In this document: piece by piece, positions 1-20,814 of the stretch
Layout of the letters: each line of letters begins with the position of its first letter
How positions within the stretch are numbered: position 1 is the stretch's first letter
NCBI RefSeq assembly: GCF_009914755.1
Contig: NC_060926.1
DNA: 64,000 bases
Strand: one strand, 5' to 3'
Source of the DNA: the human T2T-CHM13v2.0 reference genome, Homo sapiens
Translations under genes and position numbers: made by a program
Notes under the pieces: model-generated
Databases searched by the model: none
Told to the model about the DNA's origin: nothing
The model's input: only the letters and a program-made list of their open reading frames with translations

Positions 1-411
1 GTAATAGATTCTGCAAATCAAAAATATTTAAGGCATTTTAATTTTCACAGAAAATCAAGAATAAAATAATACCTTCTATAGGATAATAAACAAGAGAGTA
101 GATATGAAGAAGGGATAGGTTGGTATTCCAAAATAAAAAAATAGTACAAATAGAATAAAATAAAAATATGCAGGAAATGAAGATCTGATTTTTATGTTAA
201 AAAAACTAACCTGATATTAGCAAAGTAGAAAATTTCTCCTTTTTTTAACTTAAAACTTCAGGGAAATACACTTCAAAAATTTAGAGAGAAGATACGTTTG
301 AATTTTGATACATAAAGTAACATTTTCACGGTTTTTTCAGTTGTTTTAGATTTCAAAAGGTAAAGGATTATTATTTAGGGAGAACTGCTTTACAAAAAGT
401 CGTGACTAGGA

Positions 412-1765
412 CAAAGCAGGAAAGATCTAAAATTAACACACTAACATCACAATTAAAAGAACTAGAGAAGCAAGAGTAAACCAATTCAAAAGCTAGCAGA
501 AGACAAGGAATAACTGAGATCATAGCAGAGCTGAAGGTGATAGAGACACAAAAAACCCTTCAAAAAATCATTGAATCCACAATCTGGTTTTTTGAAAAGG
601 TTAAGAAAATAGATAGATCACTAACCAGACTAATAAAGAAGAAAAGAGAGAAGAATCAAATAGACACAATGAAAAACCATAAAGGGGAAATTACCAGTGA
701 TCCGACAGAAATACAAACTACCATCAGAGAATAATATAAACACCTCTACGCAAATAAACTAGAAAATCTAGAAGAAATGGATAAATTCCTGGACACATAC
801 ACCCTCCCAAGACTAAACCAGGAAGAAGTTGAATCCCTGAATAGACCAATAACAAGTTCTGAAATTGAGTCAGTAATTAATAGCCTACCAACCAAAAAAC
901 GCCCAGGATCAGACGGATTCACACCCGAATTCTACCAGAGGTACAAAGAGGAGCTGGTACCATGCCTTCTGAAACTATTCCAAGCAATAAAAGAGGGAGT
1001 CGTCCCTAACTCATATTATGAGGCCAGCATCATCCTAATACCAAAACCTGGCACAGGCACAACAAAAAAAGGAAATTTCAGGCCAATATCCATGATGAAC
1101 ATTGATGCGAAAATACTTAATAAAACACTGGTAAACTGAATCCAGCAGCACATTAAAAAGCTTTTCCATCATGATCAAGTTGGCTTCATCTCTGGGATGC
1201 AAGGCTGGTTCAACATATGCAAATCAGTAAATGTAATCTGTCACATGAACAGAACCAATGAGAAAAACCACATGATTATCTCAATAGATATAGAAAAGGC
1301 CTTTGATAAAATTTAACACCCCTTCATCCTAAAAACTCTCAATAAACTAGGTATTGATGGAATATATATCAAAATAATAAGAGCTATTTATGACAAACCC
1401 ACAGCCAATATCATACTGAATGGGCAAAAGCTGAAGCATTCCCTATGAAAACTGGCACAAAACAAGGATGCCCTATCTTACCACTCCTATTTAACAAGTA
1501 TTGGAAGTTCTGGCCAGGGCAATTAGGAAAGAAAAAGAAATAAAGCGAATTCAAATAGGAAGAGAGGAAGTCAAATTGTCTCTGTTTGCAGATAATATGA
1601 TTGTATATTTAGAAAACCCCATCATCTCAGCCCAAAATCTGTTTAGGCTGATAAGCAACTTCAGTAAAGTCCCAGGATATGAAATCAATGTGCAAAAATC
1701 TCAAGCCTTCCTATACATCATTAAAAGACAAACAGAGAGCCAAATCATGAGTGGACTCCCATTCA
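412..1765 (+). mobile_element. L1PA (about L1PA7/8) internal ORF2 fragment, truncated at both ends
   Basis: ORFs 537-734, 777-1139 and 1501-1824 translate to L1 ORF2p ([30 protein letters not shown]) with stops and frameshifts; no 3'UTR, poly(A) or TSD seen. Confidence 0.93.
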
Positions 1766-3299
1766 ACTTCCAAAAAGATAATTTATACATGAAAACACTC
1801 AGAATGTATGCATCTTATACCTAGTATCTAATAAAAAGTAAAGCATCTGAATGATCAAGTCAGTTTAGTCCTGAAACAAATACTCTTATTTAAATGAAGC
1901 AATTTTAATTTTAAAAGATTAGCAGGACTATGTATAGATAAACATAAAATTGTTCTATTCCTTGCAAACATAATTATAGTAATTTCCATTAAAACATATA
2001 TACTATAATAATTATTTAATGAAGTAGAAAATTTTCAAAATCTATAAAACAATGAAAATGAAGTGAAAATATATCTATAGAAAGTAAAGGTGAAGTATAA
2101 ATCCAGAGTTTATGTATAAGTAATATATATACTATGGTATATATTTTTAATGGGGATTTAGTTTTTGTATAACCTTTTTTATTTGGAAGTTAATAGATTC
2201 TTACATGAAATTTATTCAAACATATGATAATCAACATAATAGGTCTAAAAGATAGTTTGATAAGCTCAAAAATCTAGGGGAGGATATCAGGTTGGTGAGA
2301 AATCAAGGAAACACCATAAAAGAAATTATTACCAAAAATAAAAGAAGCAATACTGGAAACAGAAAACAAAAGAAAGGGACAGAAAATGAAAGGAAGTTAT
2401 GGTGTTGTAAGGAAATGCAAAATAAACTAAATTAGATAGTTTATGATTTAAAAGGAAGACAAGGAAACAGCAAACAAATGAAAGCAGAAGTACCCCTAAA
2501 AAATGAATACATAAGCACCAGTATTTTAATATTAGCATCACAATCATAGACAAGGCAAAGTTATAGACATTAAAAGCCAATCAATTGAAGATATCAATAT
2601 AATTAGAAATTCTAGGCAAGAATACATCATTGCTGTAGAATATAGCAAGAAGTATTTGGAAATAGAAAGTTAACTTTTCAGAAACATATATGAAGTTGCT
2701 ACAAATATATACTTCTTTATGTAAAAAAGTGCCACAAAAAACCACAACATAATGTCACTTCTCACTCACAATAAATAGTAAAAATATGTTGAATTTTGCA
2801 TGTTAAATGGGTAAATTACATGGTACATAAATTATATTCCAATAAAACTGTTAAAAACATACACCAGAGAATATCAAGGAATAAAAGACAAACTGGGAAA
2901 GCAAGCTCTGTAACACAAAGATACAAACACTTATTATTTGTAATAATGCCTATTGATCAGTGAAAAATTAAAATGGATGAAGGATACAGTCATTTTACAA
3001 AAATATACAAATAGCCAGCTAATAAATAGTTGAAAAAATAATTTCACCACTAACCTAAGAAATGAAATTAGAATTATCAATCAGATTTACTTTTATAAAA
3101 ATAATTGCTGCTAAGTTTGGCATGGCTTAAAACAGTAATAACATCAACACTTGTAATAATGCGGAACAAAAATCTCTGTCAAAAGTTTGTTACCAGTTAT
3201 TTAAATTGGTAAACTATTAGAAATACATACATGTCAGTATGATACCATGAATTATGCAAACTAGAAAATGGCATTTATACTACAAAATCTTTATTTTTA

Positions 3300-3640
3300 A
3301 TGTTTTACTAAGGTATAAATTGCATGTAGTAAAATACACTAATTTAATGTTTACAACTCAGTAAGCACAAGTATCTATGAGAGTGTAACAACCATATCAG
3401 ATGAGAATAGAGTATTTCTAGAACCCAGAGAAGCCACCTGTATGTCAGATCACAGTAAACCATCCAAAGAGTAATATTTATTTTTATTTTTATAAACATT
3501 GATTATTCAATATAATGCCTGTGAAATTCATCTATGCAGTGTGTATCAGTATACTGTTCTTTTTTATAGCAATGTATTATACATTTAATATAACACCATG
3601 TATTTACTCATTCTATTGTTGAGAGGCCTATAATTGTTCA
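3300..3640 (-). mobile_element. Old L1M 3' end fragment
   Basis: Resembles the reverse-strand 3' end of L1ME/L1MC elements; highly diverged. Confidence 0.5.
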
Positions 3641-3644
3641 TAAT

Positions 3645-4100
3645 TGTCTCTTTTGGTCTTGTTTATTTTTGTTGCATGGATTGTAATGTCTCTCCTTTCC
3701 TTTTTGATTTTATTTATTTGAGTCCTCTCTTTTTTTCTTAGTCTAGCTAAAGATTTGTCAATTTTGTTTATCTTTTCAAAAACTTGTTAGTTTTGTTGAT
3801 TTTTTTCTTATTACTTTTATAATCTCATTTTTATTTATTTCTACTCTGATCTTTATTTCCTTCCTTCTGCTAACTTTGGATTTTTTTTCTAGTCCCTTGA
3901 GGTATAACATTTGCTTGTTTATTTGAGATCTTTCTTCTTTTTTGCTAAAGGTGTTCATTGCTATAATTTTGTCTTCTTGGAACTGCTTTTGCTATATCCC
4001 TTAAGTTTTGGTATGTTGTATTTTTATTTTCATTTGTCTCAAGATTTTTTTTTAATCTTTCGATTTCTTTGATTCGTTGGTTGTTTAGGAGTATGTGTTA
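3645..4100 (-). mobile_element. L1M ORF2 fragment
   Basis: ORF 3776-3958(-) KKEERSQIN...SRRKEIKIRVEIN is L1 ORF2-like. Confidence 0.8.
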
Positions 4101-4243
4101 ATGTGTATAGGTTTTTGGTAAGACTTCCAGTAAACATTAGACTACTAGTAGTTAATCTTTGGCAAGTCAAAATTTATATTCAAATTTTCAAGTGTATGGG
4201 GGGTTGGCACCCCTAATCCATATGCTGGTCAAGGGTCAACTGT
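4100..4243. mobile_element. Tigger2/MER8/MER28-type DNA transposon terminal fragment
   Basis: Ends GGGGTTGGCACCCCTAA...TCAAGGGTCAACTG followed by TA, matching the Tigger2-family terminal inverted repeat and TA target. Confidence 0.7.
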
Positions 4244-4446
4244 ATTTATATTCTGTACCTATTAATATATTTTTAGTGATAGTTATTTTTAATACTTTTG
4301 TCTTTTAGTTTTTATATTAGAATTAAAAGTAATTTCCCCAATGCTATTACAGTAGTACAGTACTCTGCATTTGTCTATATATTTATCTTTACAACAACTT
4401 TTATACTTTGCCTTTGACTTTTAACAATTTGATTATAATGTGTCTT

Positions 4447-4730
4447 GGGCTGAGCATGATGGCTCATGCCTATAATACTAACAAATTGAAAGCCTGAGGC
4501 AGAAGGATTGCTTGAATGCTGAAGTTTAGAACTAGCATGGGCAATATAGTAAGACTTGGTCGCTATAAAAAAAATTTAAAAATAGTTTATCCAGGTGTGA
4601 TGGAGCATGTCTGTATATAGTCCTTGCTACTTGGGAGGCTGAGGTGGGAGGATTACTTGAGCCTGGGAGTTTGAGGCTACAGTGAGATATGATCACATCA
4701 GCCTGCACTCCAGGTGTGGGTCCTAGAGTA
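4447..4730 (+). mobile_element. AluJ (diverged)
   Basis: GGCTGAGCATGATGGCTCATGCCTATAAT start, A-rich linker, GAGGCTACAGTGAG right arm. Confidence 0.88.
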
Positions 4731-4862
4731 AGAGTATATATACATACCCACATACTGTATCTCAGTATGGATTTTTCTTTGCATTTATCTTATTCAAAAT
4801 CTTTTGGGCTTCCAGGATCTGAATATTTATTTCTTTCCCCAGGTTTGAGAAGTTTTCAGTCA

Positions 4863-6380
<1,518 letters not shown>

Positions 6381-6399
6381 CCTAAAACATGTCTTTACT

Positions 6400-7830
<1,431 letters not shown>

Positions 7831-8718
7831 TCTTTCCTTCTTTCCTTATTTGCTTCTTTCTTGCCTCCCTGTCTTTTGCCTTTCTCTCCCCTTTTTGGAA
7901 ATTTTTGGAATACAGATTCACTTACATTAACAGTTATTAAATTACTCAGCTGTCATAATATTTTTTGCAGTAGTGTTAATGCCTGCTACTCTATAATGAC
8001 CACATTGAAGCAGTGTAAATTCTTTTCTAAATTAATAAAATGTTGTTAATGTATTTCTGTACATAAATATAAAATATTATAGAACATTTTTAATTGAGGC
8101 AGTTTTAAACTCTGGATAGTGATTTAGTGATCATTCACTTTTGTGTTTGTATTCTTGTGTGTTTTATGATTTATTTTCCAAATAGAGTACATGTATCACA
8201 GTGAGAAAAGCAATGGGATTTATTCCTTTAAAAAAGTTCTAACAAAAAAATATAAAGATATTTGTTACTTTCACACAGTTAGAGTATTATTTTAATTAAA
8301 CTAATAGCAGAGACAGTAAACATGATGATGAATTTTAATAGAAGTTGAAAAGATTTTCTTTGTTTCCTCTTTGTGACAATCAGTGTGAGCCCCTTGGAAA
8401 TAGAAACTGTGTGAATCCTAAACACTATAGTATAACAGCATACTATGATTGTTAACAATTCCTATGATATCTATTACTTTAATAATCTCAGTCATTATCT
8501 TGATTTCTCAATTCCTGTGTATAGATGACAAATTTGATGGAGAATTCATTTTTCCATTTTATATGTCTATGCATGCTTATAGGCAGAATTTAATGAACAC
8601 ATCAATAAAGACTCTTTAGGTGAATAAACAGAATAAGAAAACAAAATCCATTTTATCTACCACACTAGGAATGCAGAGATTATCTTTGTTATTCTGAAGC
8701 GCAGGTAGCTAACAGAAG

Positions 8719-8773
8719 CAGCTGTTTATCCCTTTAAAATACACAGCTGTTTATGCCTTTAAAATACACAGCT
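8719..8773. repeat. 25-bp tandem duplication
   Basis: CAGCTGTTTAT(C/G)CCTTTAAAATACA x2 plus CAGCT, one mismatch. Confidence 0.95.
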
Positions 8774-8964
8774 ATATTCACCAATATTCTCATTCAGCCG
8801 GTCTAAGGAAGGGTCCTGGAATGCAAGGTTCTCAAAACCTTCATGTGGTTCTTATATCTTATCAAGTATGGGAACTACTGTTATTCTATTTATTACTTTT
8901 GCTTTAAAATACCTACAAAGATTATAGAGGGGCAAATCTGCATATTTATTGTATTGTTGTTAGG

Positions 8965-9135
8965 ACGGCGTTTCTCTAGCACTATTGACATTTTGGGATA
9001 GCTAATTTTTGTTGTAAGGGGCTTTCCTGTGCATTATACATTGTTAAGCAATATCCGTAGCCTCTACCCACTAAATTCCAGTTGCATACTCTACTCTAAT
9101 TGTGAAAATAAAATGCTACCAGTTGAGAACACTGG
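8965..9135. mobile_element. MER20 (hAT-Charlie)
   Basis: GCACTATTGACATTTTGGG...GCCTCTACCCACTAAAT...CAGTTGAGAACACTG. Confidence 0.75.
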
Positions 9136-9857
9136 GTTAAAACAACTGCCCTTTATATGAAATAAAGAAAGCAGCTCTACAATTTGTGTAAATGGCTAAA
9201 TTATCATGTAAATAAGAAAGCAATAAAACTCAGGAGCAGAGCAATGAATATGTCAGAACTGCATAGCTTTTTTAACTCAGCAGGTGTGTCCCCCGTTTCA
9301 GATACTCAGTATCACAGCCAGCCTCCAACACCCTTCCATGTTCAAGGTCCAGATTCCTTCATACTGACCATTTTTATATTAACTTCTTTTTTGCCCCATG
9401 ACATTGTGTCTTTTTTGTTTATATCTGTACATCCTTTTTAAAACATATTTGGCAAATGAATCCTATTTCTTACATGTGGTTCTTGATTTCTGATAACAAG
9501 ATCCCTTCCTTGACCAATACTTGAACTAATCATCTTAATTATACTCCTTCTATTTTCTTGAGTGAAACACAGTATCTTATCCAGACCCCATGCTCCCTAC
9601 ATATCTAGCACAGGTAATCACAGCTGTTGACTTTGAAGATTCATCCTAGTTCTGTACACATTTTCCAGTCACTTTGCTACATGGACAGGAATCACAGGGT
9701 CCTCCCTCTCATAGGAGCTGAAAGAGTAATGTATCAGGCTTTGTTTAAGACTGATGCCAGGGAGCCCCTGGACTGGAGAAGGCGTCTATTATTTGGAAGT
9801 GTAGATTAGGGAAGTTCTTAGAATCTCACGTATAGTTCACAATTCTTAATTAGGACC

Positions 9858-10210
9858 TGATATGATTTGGCTCTATGATCATCTTGAATTGTAATCCCCA
9901 TGTTTTGAGAAAGAAACCTGGTGGGAGGTGACAGGATCATGGGGGCATTTCCCCCCATGCTGTTCTCATGATAGTGAGTGAGTTCTCATGAGATCTGATC
10001 AGGTGGCGGTTTCCTCTGCACTCTTTGTCACCTGCTGCTGTGTAAGATGTGCCTTGCTTCCCCTTGGCCTTCTACCATGATAGTAAATTTTCTGAGGCCT
10101 CCCCAGCCATGGGGAACTGTGAGTCAATTAAACCTCCTTTCTTTGTAAATTACGAAGTCCCAGATAGTATCTTTATAGCATTTATAGCAGTGTGAGATCA
10201 GACTAGTACA
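9858..10210 (+). mobile_element. THE1/MSTA MaLR solo LTR
   Basis: TGATATGATTTGGCT...GAGTCAATTAAACCTC...GACTAGTACA; 5-bp TSD GGACC/AGACC. Confidence 0.9.
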
Positions 10211-10215
10211 AGACC

Positions 10216-13200
10216 TTAAAATTAAGTCTGAGTGAACAGGGAGATAATGTGCTGGTTACATGGTTAAGACGTTAATGAAGATCATACCTGCCTTGATTTG
10301 AAGTGAATAAAAGCCTTAGAATGGGGACACTTAGAACCACTTCCTTGAGGATTCTGCTGTGTACTGTTCATACAAACCCAATGACCCAAAGCACAACTGA
10401 ATGAATGATAAGGAAGGTACAGAGGATGTACATCCATTTTATTGCTGGATGCACCTGTGCAGACACTAAATGGGTGACAGTAAAGGGGAAGATTTACTAC
10501 TGTTTCCTTGCAAGGTTAATAACCAGCAAGTTGTGCAGAACACTCAGCCTTCTGGGATTGAAAAAATGCTGAGTAGACCAGAAAGTCCATCTGCCTTGTG
10601 CATACTAACCTGGCAAATATACTGTTAATCCTAATCTTTCTTACCATGTATCATTCACACCAAACACCCCATGACAGTTTCAGGTGGTGGATGTTTTACA
10701 ACACCTATTTCCAATACAATCCTTAGAGGTTGCCTGAGAAGAATTGGGAGAGGGGATTCAAAACCCATTAGAGTTTATTTTTTCCCTCAAAAACACTAGC
10801 TGTTTTGGCTAAATTTTTGAGGTGGGCCTCATTTGAAAGTCTCACAAAAAAGAATATTTTGTGTGTTTTAATATTCTGGAAATTGGTTTGGCTGTCAGGA
10901 CAGAAAGAAATCTGGAGTATTATCCATGAGACTCTGCAAGCTATGAGCTCAAAACAGATATCATGTGATACTTCAGTAACGCTGACAGGGCTGGTTGTTT
11001 ACTTGGAACTAACCCTGTGTGAAGATCTATGGGAGATACAAAGATAAGTGACACCTCCATGACATAAGTGAATATGATTCAGGGACTTGTGAACTCTAAT
11101 AGAGACACTTTTAGCTCATAACCTTTGAGCACTCATGATGACTGGAGTGGACCACTGGGTCATTAAAGGGGCCAGCCCTTTCTTAAAGGAATAATCATAC
11201 ATATATCAGTAGTAGGAATATAGTGGGCTTCTCAGTGATTCAGGACATGGGATAGACAAAGTTGACTTACACCAAAAAATACTAATATTGTGGATGTGTG
11301 GCTACATGCCATAGTAACTAGTCAGTCCTGATGTTTGATATGTGTAATCATATCATTCCAAGGGGTTGAAAGCATACACCTTATTCCAGAACTATTAAGG
11401 GGTAGTGAATCATTAGGCCTGGTACCAAATTAGGCAAATACTATAGTATGAATGAAAAGATAATGGAGTACTTCACAGATAGCAAACGGATAGAAAAAAA
11501 GTGCATGGTGATTATATGTGAAATAATTTTATTTCTCTAACAAGAGGAACCTAAAATGAGGTGAGAATACATGATGTATTAATACACTATTGGCCAAATT
11601 TTGGAAGAAGATGGTTGCTAACAGTTTGCCTGGAAATGTCAGAAGAAAAACAGATTGGTTCCCCAAGCCTGAGACTTTACAGAGTTTTCTTTCCTTAAGG
11701 TGCAAACATACTCCCTGTTTATATATACATAATTAACCTGAGCCTTATATCTGGGGGAGTAGATCAGAACTTGAAACATCATGGCCCATGTAATTGTTTC
11801 TCATATTAGGCATTACAACATGAATTTGGAAAAAGAGTAGAACTTGTAGTGCACTAATAATTTGATCTACTGATTATGAGGATTTGACATGAAGCATATA
11901 AAAACTGGTATTAGTCTCTAGAAAGAAGTTTTTGAGATTAAAATGTACTTTCTTATATAAATCCCAAAGTAGTAGGTGATTAAAGTCACACATGTGATTT
12001 GCGAAATGGCCACTATACTTTTAAATATATTTCAACCATATGGTAACTGTCTTAGAAAAATACATCAAAGTAATGGCAGTATGAAAAATGTTCTGTGAAA
12101 CTGCATGAACTCTTATGTATCATACGTAATAATGGAGGGATATATGCCTTTTAGGGGAAAATGGTGCAATTACAATCTAGACAACTTTCAAAACTTAGCA
12201 GAAAACATTTGCTGGTAGAATATACCTATAAGAAGTAATACAATTTCAACAAATCACAGATAATGCCTGAGATATGTGGTCCTGAGTTGCATTACTTAGA
12301 TGGAAAGGAGAAATTTGCCTATTAGTTATATATCTACTATTATAATATTATGTGGTCGTACATGTGTGTAGGCATAGAAAAAAATGTTTCAAAGTGTTAA
12401 CTAGTGAATGTTTTCATCAGTTGAAGGAGACCATAGCATGAGTCTGTGTAATCATAAGGTATTGCTCAGGACCTAGGGTTGACCATCCCCAGCCCTGCCA
12501 AAGAGGTCAGCTGTGATAAACTAATCAGTCCTGCTGTTTGAAAACCACCTATTCATTCTGGAACAATGCTAAATTGTCTGCAATGCAAACCTTAGGAAAA
12601 TGTCTATACCATGTAATATAATAAAAAAATATTGAGAACTCATATATTAGGTCCAGATGACATTGTAGTTAGAATGAAAGTTCATAGATTGAGATGTTAC
12701 TGATGCAGCTTCAGGTTTCCCAAGAAGGGGGTCCTCTAAGCAGACCAGATCCTTTCTCTATGTGGGTTATTTATGCCCATGATCCGAGAGCACTCTTGTC
12801 AAGAGACAAAGAGGCTGGTGAAGACTCATTCCCACTTAGACTCCTACAAATGTGCAAACTTCTAAGAGGTAGAATAGAGTTTATTATTTTGTATTAGAAT
12901 TAGGTTACTCAAGGCAAAATGGAAGGTTTCACTTACATTCTCAGTAGTCAATATGCATTAGTAGAGTTTAACTACAGTCTAAATGTTTCAATGCTTATGA
13001 AAAATATGCCTTTGCTCACCAAAAATTTTCTGGTTTTGTTTGATTTATCAGCCACCATTAACAGAATAAGTGAAAATTCTCAGGGTCTATAGTTATGCAT
13101 TGGATTATCTTCAATTTATGACACTTTTAGGTACCTTTTTAGAGTTTTTAGAGATTTGTAGGAGATTAATTTGCCTGAATACACAGTCAAAAAAAAAGGA

Positions 13201-13390
13201 GGCCTCAGAAAATAATCCAATGTTGAAGAGCTGAGGAAAGCAAAAACAAGGAAGATTCAGAAATGAGAAATGAGGGGAAATACTAGAGGTAGTGACCCAG
13301 TACCCTGATGGCTGTCAGATTCTTCTCGTTTTATTGACCATGTTCTTTTAAATGGGACTAGGGGACCAGAGTATTCATCAAGTATCACTG
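10216..13390 (+). mobile_element. Possible ancient ERVL-type internal (pol) remnant
   Basis: Degenerate RT-like peptide LQSFLSLRCKHTPCL near 11675-11720; lies directly upstream of an LTR16-like LTR. Confidence 0.4.
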
Positions 13391-13915
13391 GTGTGTTGGA
13401 CACTTATTTTGCCTTACTTCATATCTTCTCTGCCTAACCTTTACTCCGGACATTGTTAAGGCAAGCAGATGCATGCAGATGTAAACTAATAGCGCTTTGT
13501 CTCACCACGTTTACTTTCTTGGATTATTCTCCCGGGCTTTTGTAACTCAGTGCAGGGAAACCTGCATAAACCTACTTTGCACTTATGCATGTTTTACAAA
13601 AATCTCAATGCTGCGAACATCCTAATGGGACAGTTCCTGTATGATGAGAGAGAAGAGCTGATGAGAAATACTTCCTCTTTTTGTTCTTCTTGTGGGAAGT
13701 TGTGAGACTCCATATATAAATCTCCAAAGAAGGTCCCAATTAAGCAGCATTTTCCACATCAGGGAGCAATCCTAGAACTCACCCTGCTCTTGACTTTTCT
13801 TTTTCCCTCTTTCATTTTCTCATCCCACCCCACCAACTCCTGTGCCACAGGAATATTTCCCAAAATAAACTACTGCACATAAAACCTTGTCTGTGCTGCT
13901 GCTTTACCTAGGTTA
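13390..13915 (+). mobile_element. LTR16-family (ERVL) LTR
   Basis: 3' part TCCCAAAATAAACTACTGCACATAAAACCTTGTCTGTGCTGCTGCTTT resembles the LTR16 terminus; 5' boundary uncertain. Confidence 0.65.
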
Positions 13916-14127
13916 ATTCAGATACTCTACAGTGTGCCAGAAACTCTTAAGTCTTAGAAATACGAAATGAAGCAAACAAATAAATGAACAAGAACTCTTT
14001 TTATATACAACTTTCAATTTGGTGGGAAGGTAGGCAATAAACAAATGAGGAAATGTATATGTGATATGTAAGATAATAATAAAAAATAAATCAGTATAAG
14101 ACAGAGAATGTCATTATGGGGAAGAAC

Positions 14128-14665
14128 TTTTTTTAAAAAAACAGCTTTTAGATATAATTCACATGCCGTATAATTTATGCATTAAAAATGTACAATTCAA
14201 TGTGGTTTTTTTTTTACTATATTTGCATTGTTGAGCAACCAATGCCATAAACTAATTTTGAAATATTTCCATCTTCTTAGATGAAACCCTGTGTCCATTA
14301 GCTGTCACCTCCCCATTGTTGCTCAGCCCCCTAACCATAACCAACAATCTTATTTCTCTGTAATGGACAACCTCTTTATTCAGGACATGTCATGTAAATG
14401 GAATCATACAATATGTGATCTTTTTGTAACTGCCTTCTTTTGCTTAGCATAATGTTTTCAGGATCAGCCATGCTTCTGTACATATTAGTTCTTTGGCAAA
14501 ATACATTGTATGACTATATCATATTCTCTTTTTCTATTTATCCATTCATCACTTAATGGACATTTTGATTCTTTCAACTTTTTGACTATTATAAATAAAA
14601 CTGCTATGAAATTTAATGTATAAATTTTTGTGTGGAAATGTCTTTCTTTTTCTCTCAGATATATA
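14128..14665 (-). mobile_element. L1MB 3' end (resumes at about 19830)
   Basis: CAGCTTTTAGATATAATTCACATG...GGAATCATACAATATGTG typical of the L1MB 3'UTR. Confidence 0.8.
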
Positions 14666-15062
14666 TGTTAAATAAAAATTGCACCTTAGGAAGTTAAAAG
14701 GCAAGGGAATCTTTATTCAAACTCTTATAACACGAAGGGTGATTGAACTCAATTCTGCTGAAACAAAGAATAGGAAGTTTTTTAAATGCTAGAGTTTGTC
14801 AATTGAAACATACTGATGGACATTAGAGGGGAGGTTGGTTAATGTGATTAGGTCACCTGTGTTCACTAATAGTCTTTCATTAAAGTTAGGATTCTACGCT
14901 CCCACAGAGACTGGGAGGTAGAAACAATATTTTCTTCAATTATTATATTTGAAAGGGGGGGCTCCTTGAGAAAGACATTCCTGGATTCCAAAATTGGCAA
15001 GAGGCTGGGAGAAAGTTGATATCTCAGAGGGGAAGAGAAAAAAATGCAGTTGCAAGGTTTTC
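14666..15062 (-). mobile_element. MER31/MER67-like ERV1 LTR, truncated by the L1PA2
   Basis: TG start, CCCACAGAGACTGGGAG and CTTGAGAAAGACATTCCTGG motifs; ends abruptly at the L1 poly(T). Confidence 0.6.
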
Positions 15063-19708
<4,646 letters not shown>

Positions 19709-19714
19709 TTTTAA

Positions 19715-19820
19715 GTCTTGAAATTCTCAGCCTCCAGAAATACATTTCTGTTCTTTTTAAATTACCCAGCCTCAGGTATTCTGTTATAGCAGTACAACAC
19801 TGCTATAATAGACTAAGATA
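19715..19820 (+). mobile_element. 3' end only of an MST/MLT1A MaLR LTR
   Basis: AAATTACCCAGCCTCAGGTATTCTGTTATAGCAG...GACTAAGATA. Confidence 0.8.
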
Positions 19821-19829
19821 CCTGTCTTA

Positions 19830-20060
19830 AAAAATACATATTATTATAGTCATCCTATTGGGTATGAAGTGATATCTTAATGTGGTTTTGATTTGCATTT
19901 CTCTAAAGACTAATAATATTGAGTGTCCATGTGCTTATTGGACATATATATCTTCTTTTAAGAAATATCCATTAAGATCCTTTGTGTATTTCTAAATTGG
20001 ATTATTTTTGTTTTTTCTTGAGTTATCTTTTTATTATCAATTGATAAGTGTTATATAACT
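19830..20060 (-). mobile_element. L1MB continuation
   Basis: ATAGTCATCCTATTGGGTATGAAGTGATATCTTAATGTGGTTTTGATTTGCATTTC. Confidence 0.75.
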
Positions 20061-20735
20061 TTTAGTTTTACTAATTAATATATTCTGGGTAATGCACATG
20101 ACGTGATAATAGATTCTCTCACACCTCCATTTCACTTCATCTCATGGAGATACTGAAAAGATTGAAATGGAATTAAAAATAAGGGTATGTTTTCTATATT
20201 AAAATAGTTATGTAAAATTTTATATTATGCTTATGTCAGCTAAAATGAAAGGAATGATAATATTTCATTACAAATTTAAAAAGTTAAAAATCTTTGATAA
20301 ATATTACCTGCATGATTGTCCTGGGATTCAGTATTTTTTTTACTTCACTTTTACCACAATTCTGTTTGGTGATCTTTGGTTTCTTAACACATTACCTTGG
20401 CCCTAAGAGCTTTAGTCCTGTCTGGCCCTGTTGCAATGACACTTACTGTCTCAGGGGTCTGTGATATCAGTTTTACATCGGTCACCGACTCTGAGATTGC
20501 CCTGGGCTCTTTAGACTAGTCATTAAACCTATTCTTCCTTTAGCCTCATTAGACTTCTAAAACCAGTATCTTGACCTCCTACTTAGCCAGGCTGGTGAAG
20601 AGGAAACTGAATGCAAGGAAAGTGTGTGTCAGATGGAAGCATTGTAGGAACACAGGATACAGTCTCCTGAGTGATAATATAATTGGAAAATGATAGATAG
20701 TATTAAAATAATTTTAAAAATTTTTTGCTTTACAG

Positions 20736-20814
20736 GTAGGCACTTTTATATTAGCTTCCAAGATTTCAGTAACATACAGACATCATCAGAAAATAATAAA
20801 ACAGTATACATTGT
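20736..20814 (+). other. Candidate exon A (79 nt)
   Basis: Acceptor TTTTTTGCTTTACAG, donor TGT|GTGAGT, unique DNA, two open frames. Confidence 0.4.

Noticed and set aside
8186-8705. Acceptor at 8185 and a peptide RKQNPFYLPH resembling exon B's NPFQLPN
   Set aside because: Many stops, weak donor, and the short similarity is attributable to chance.
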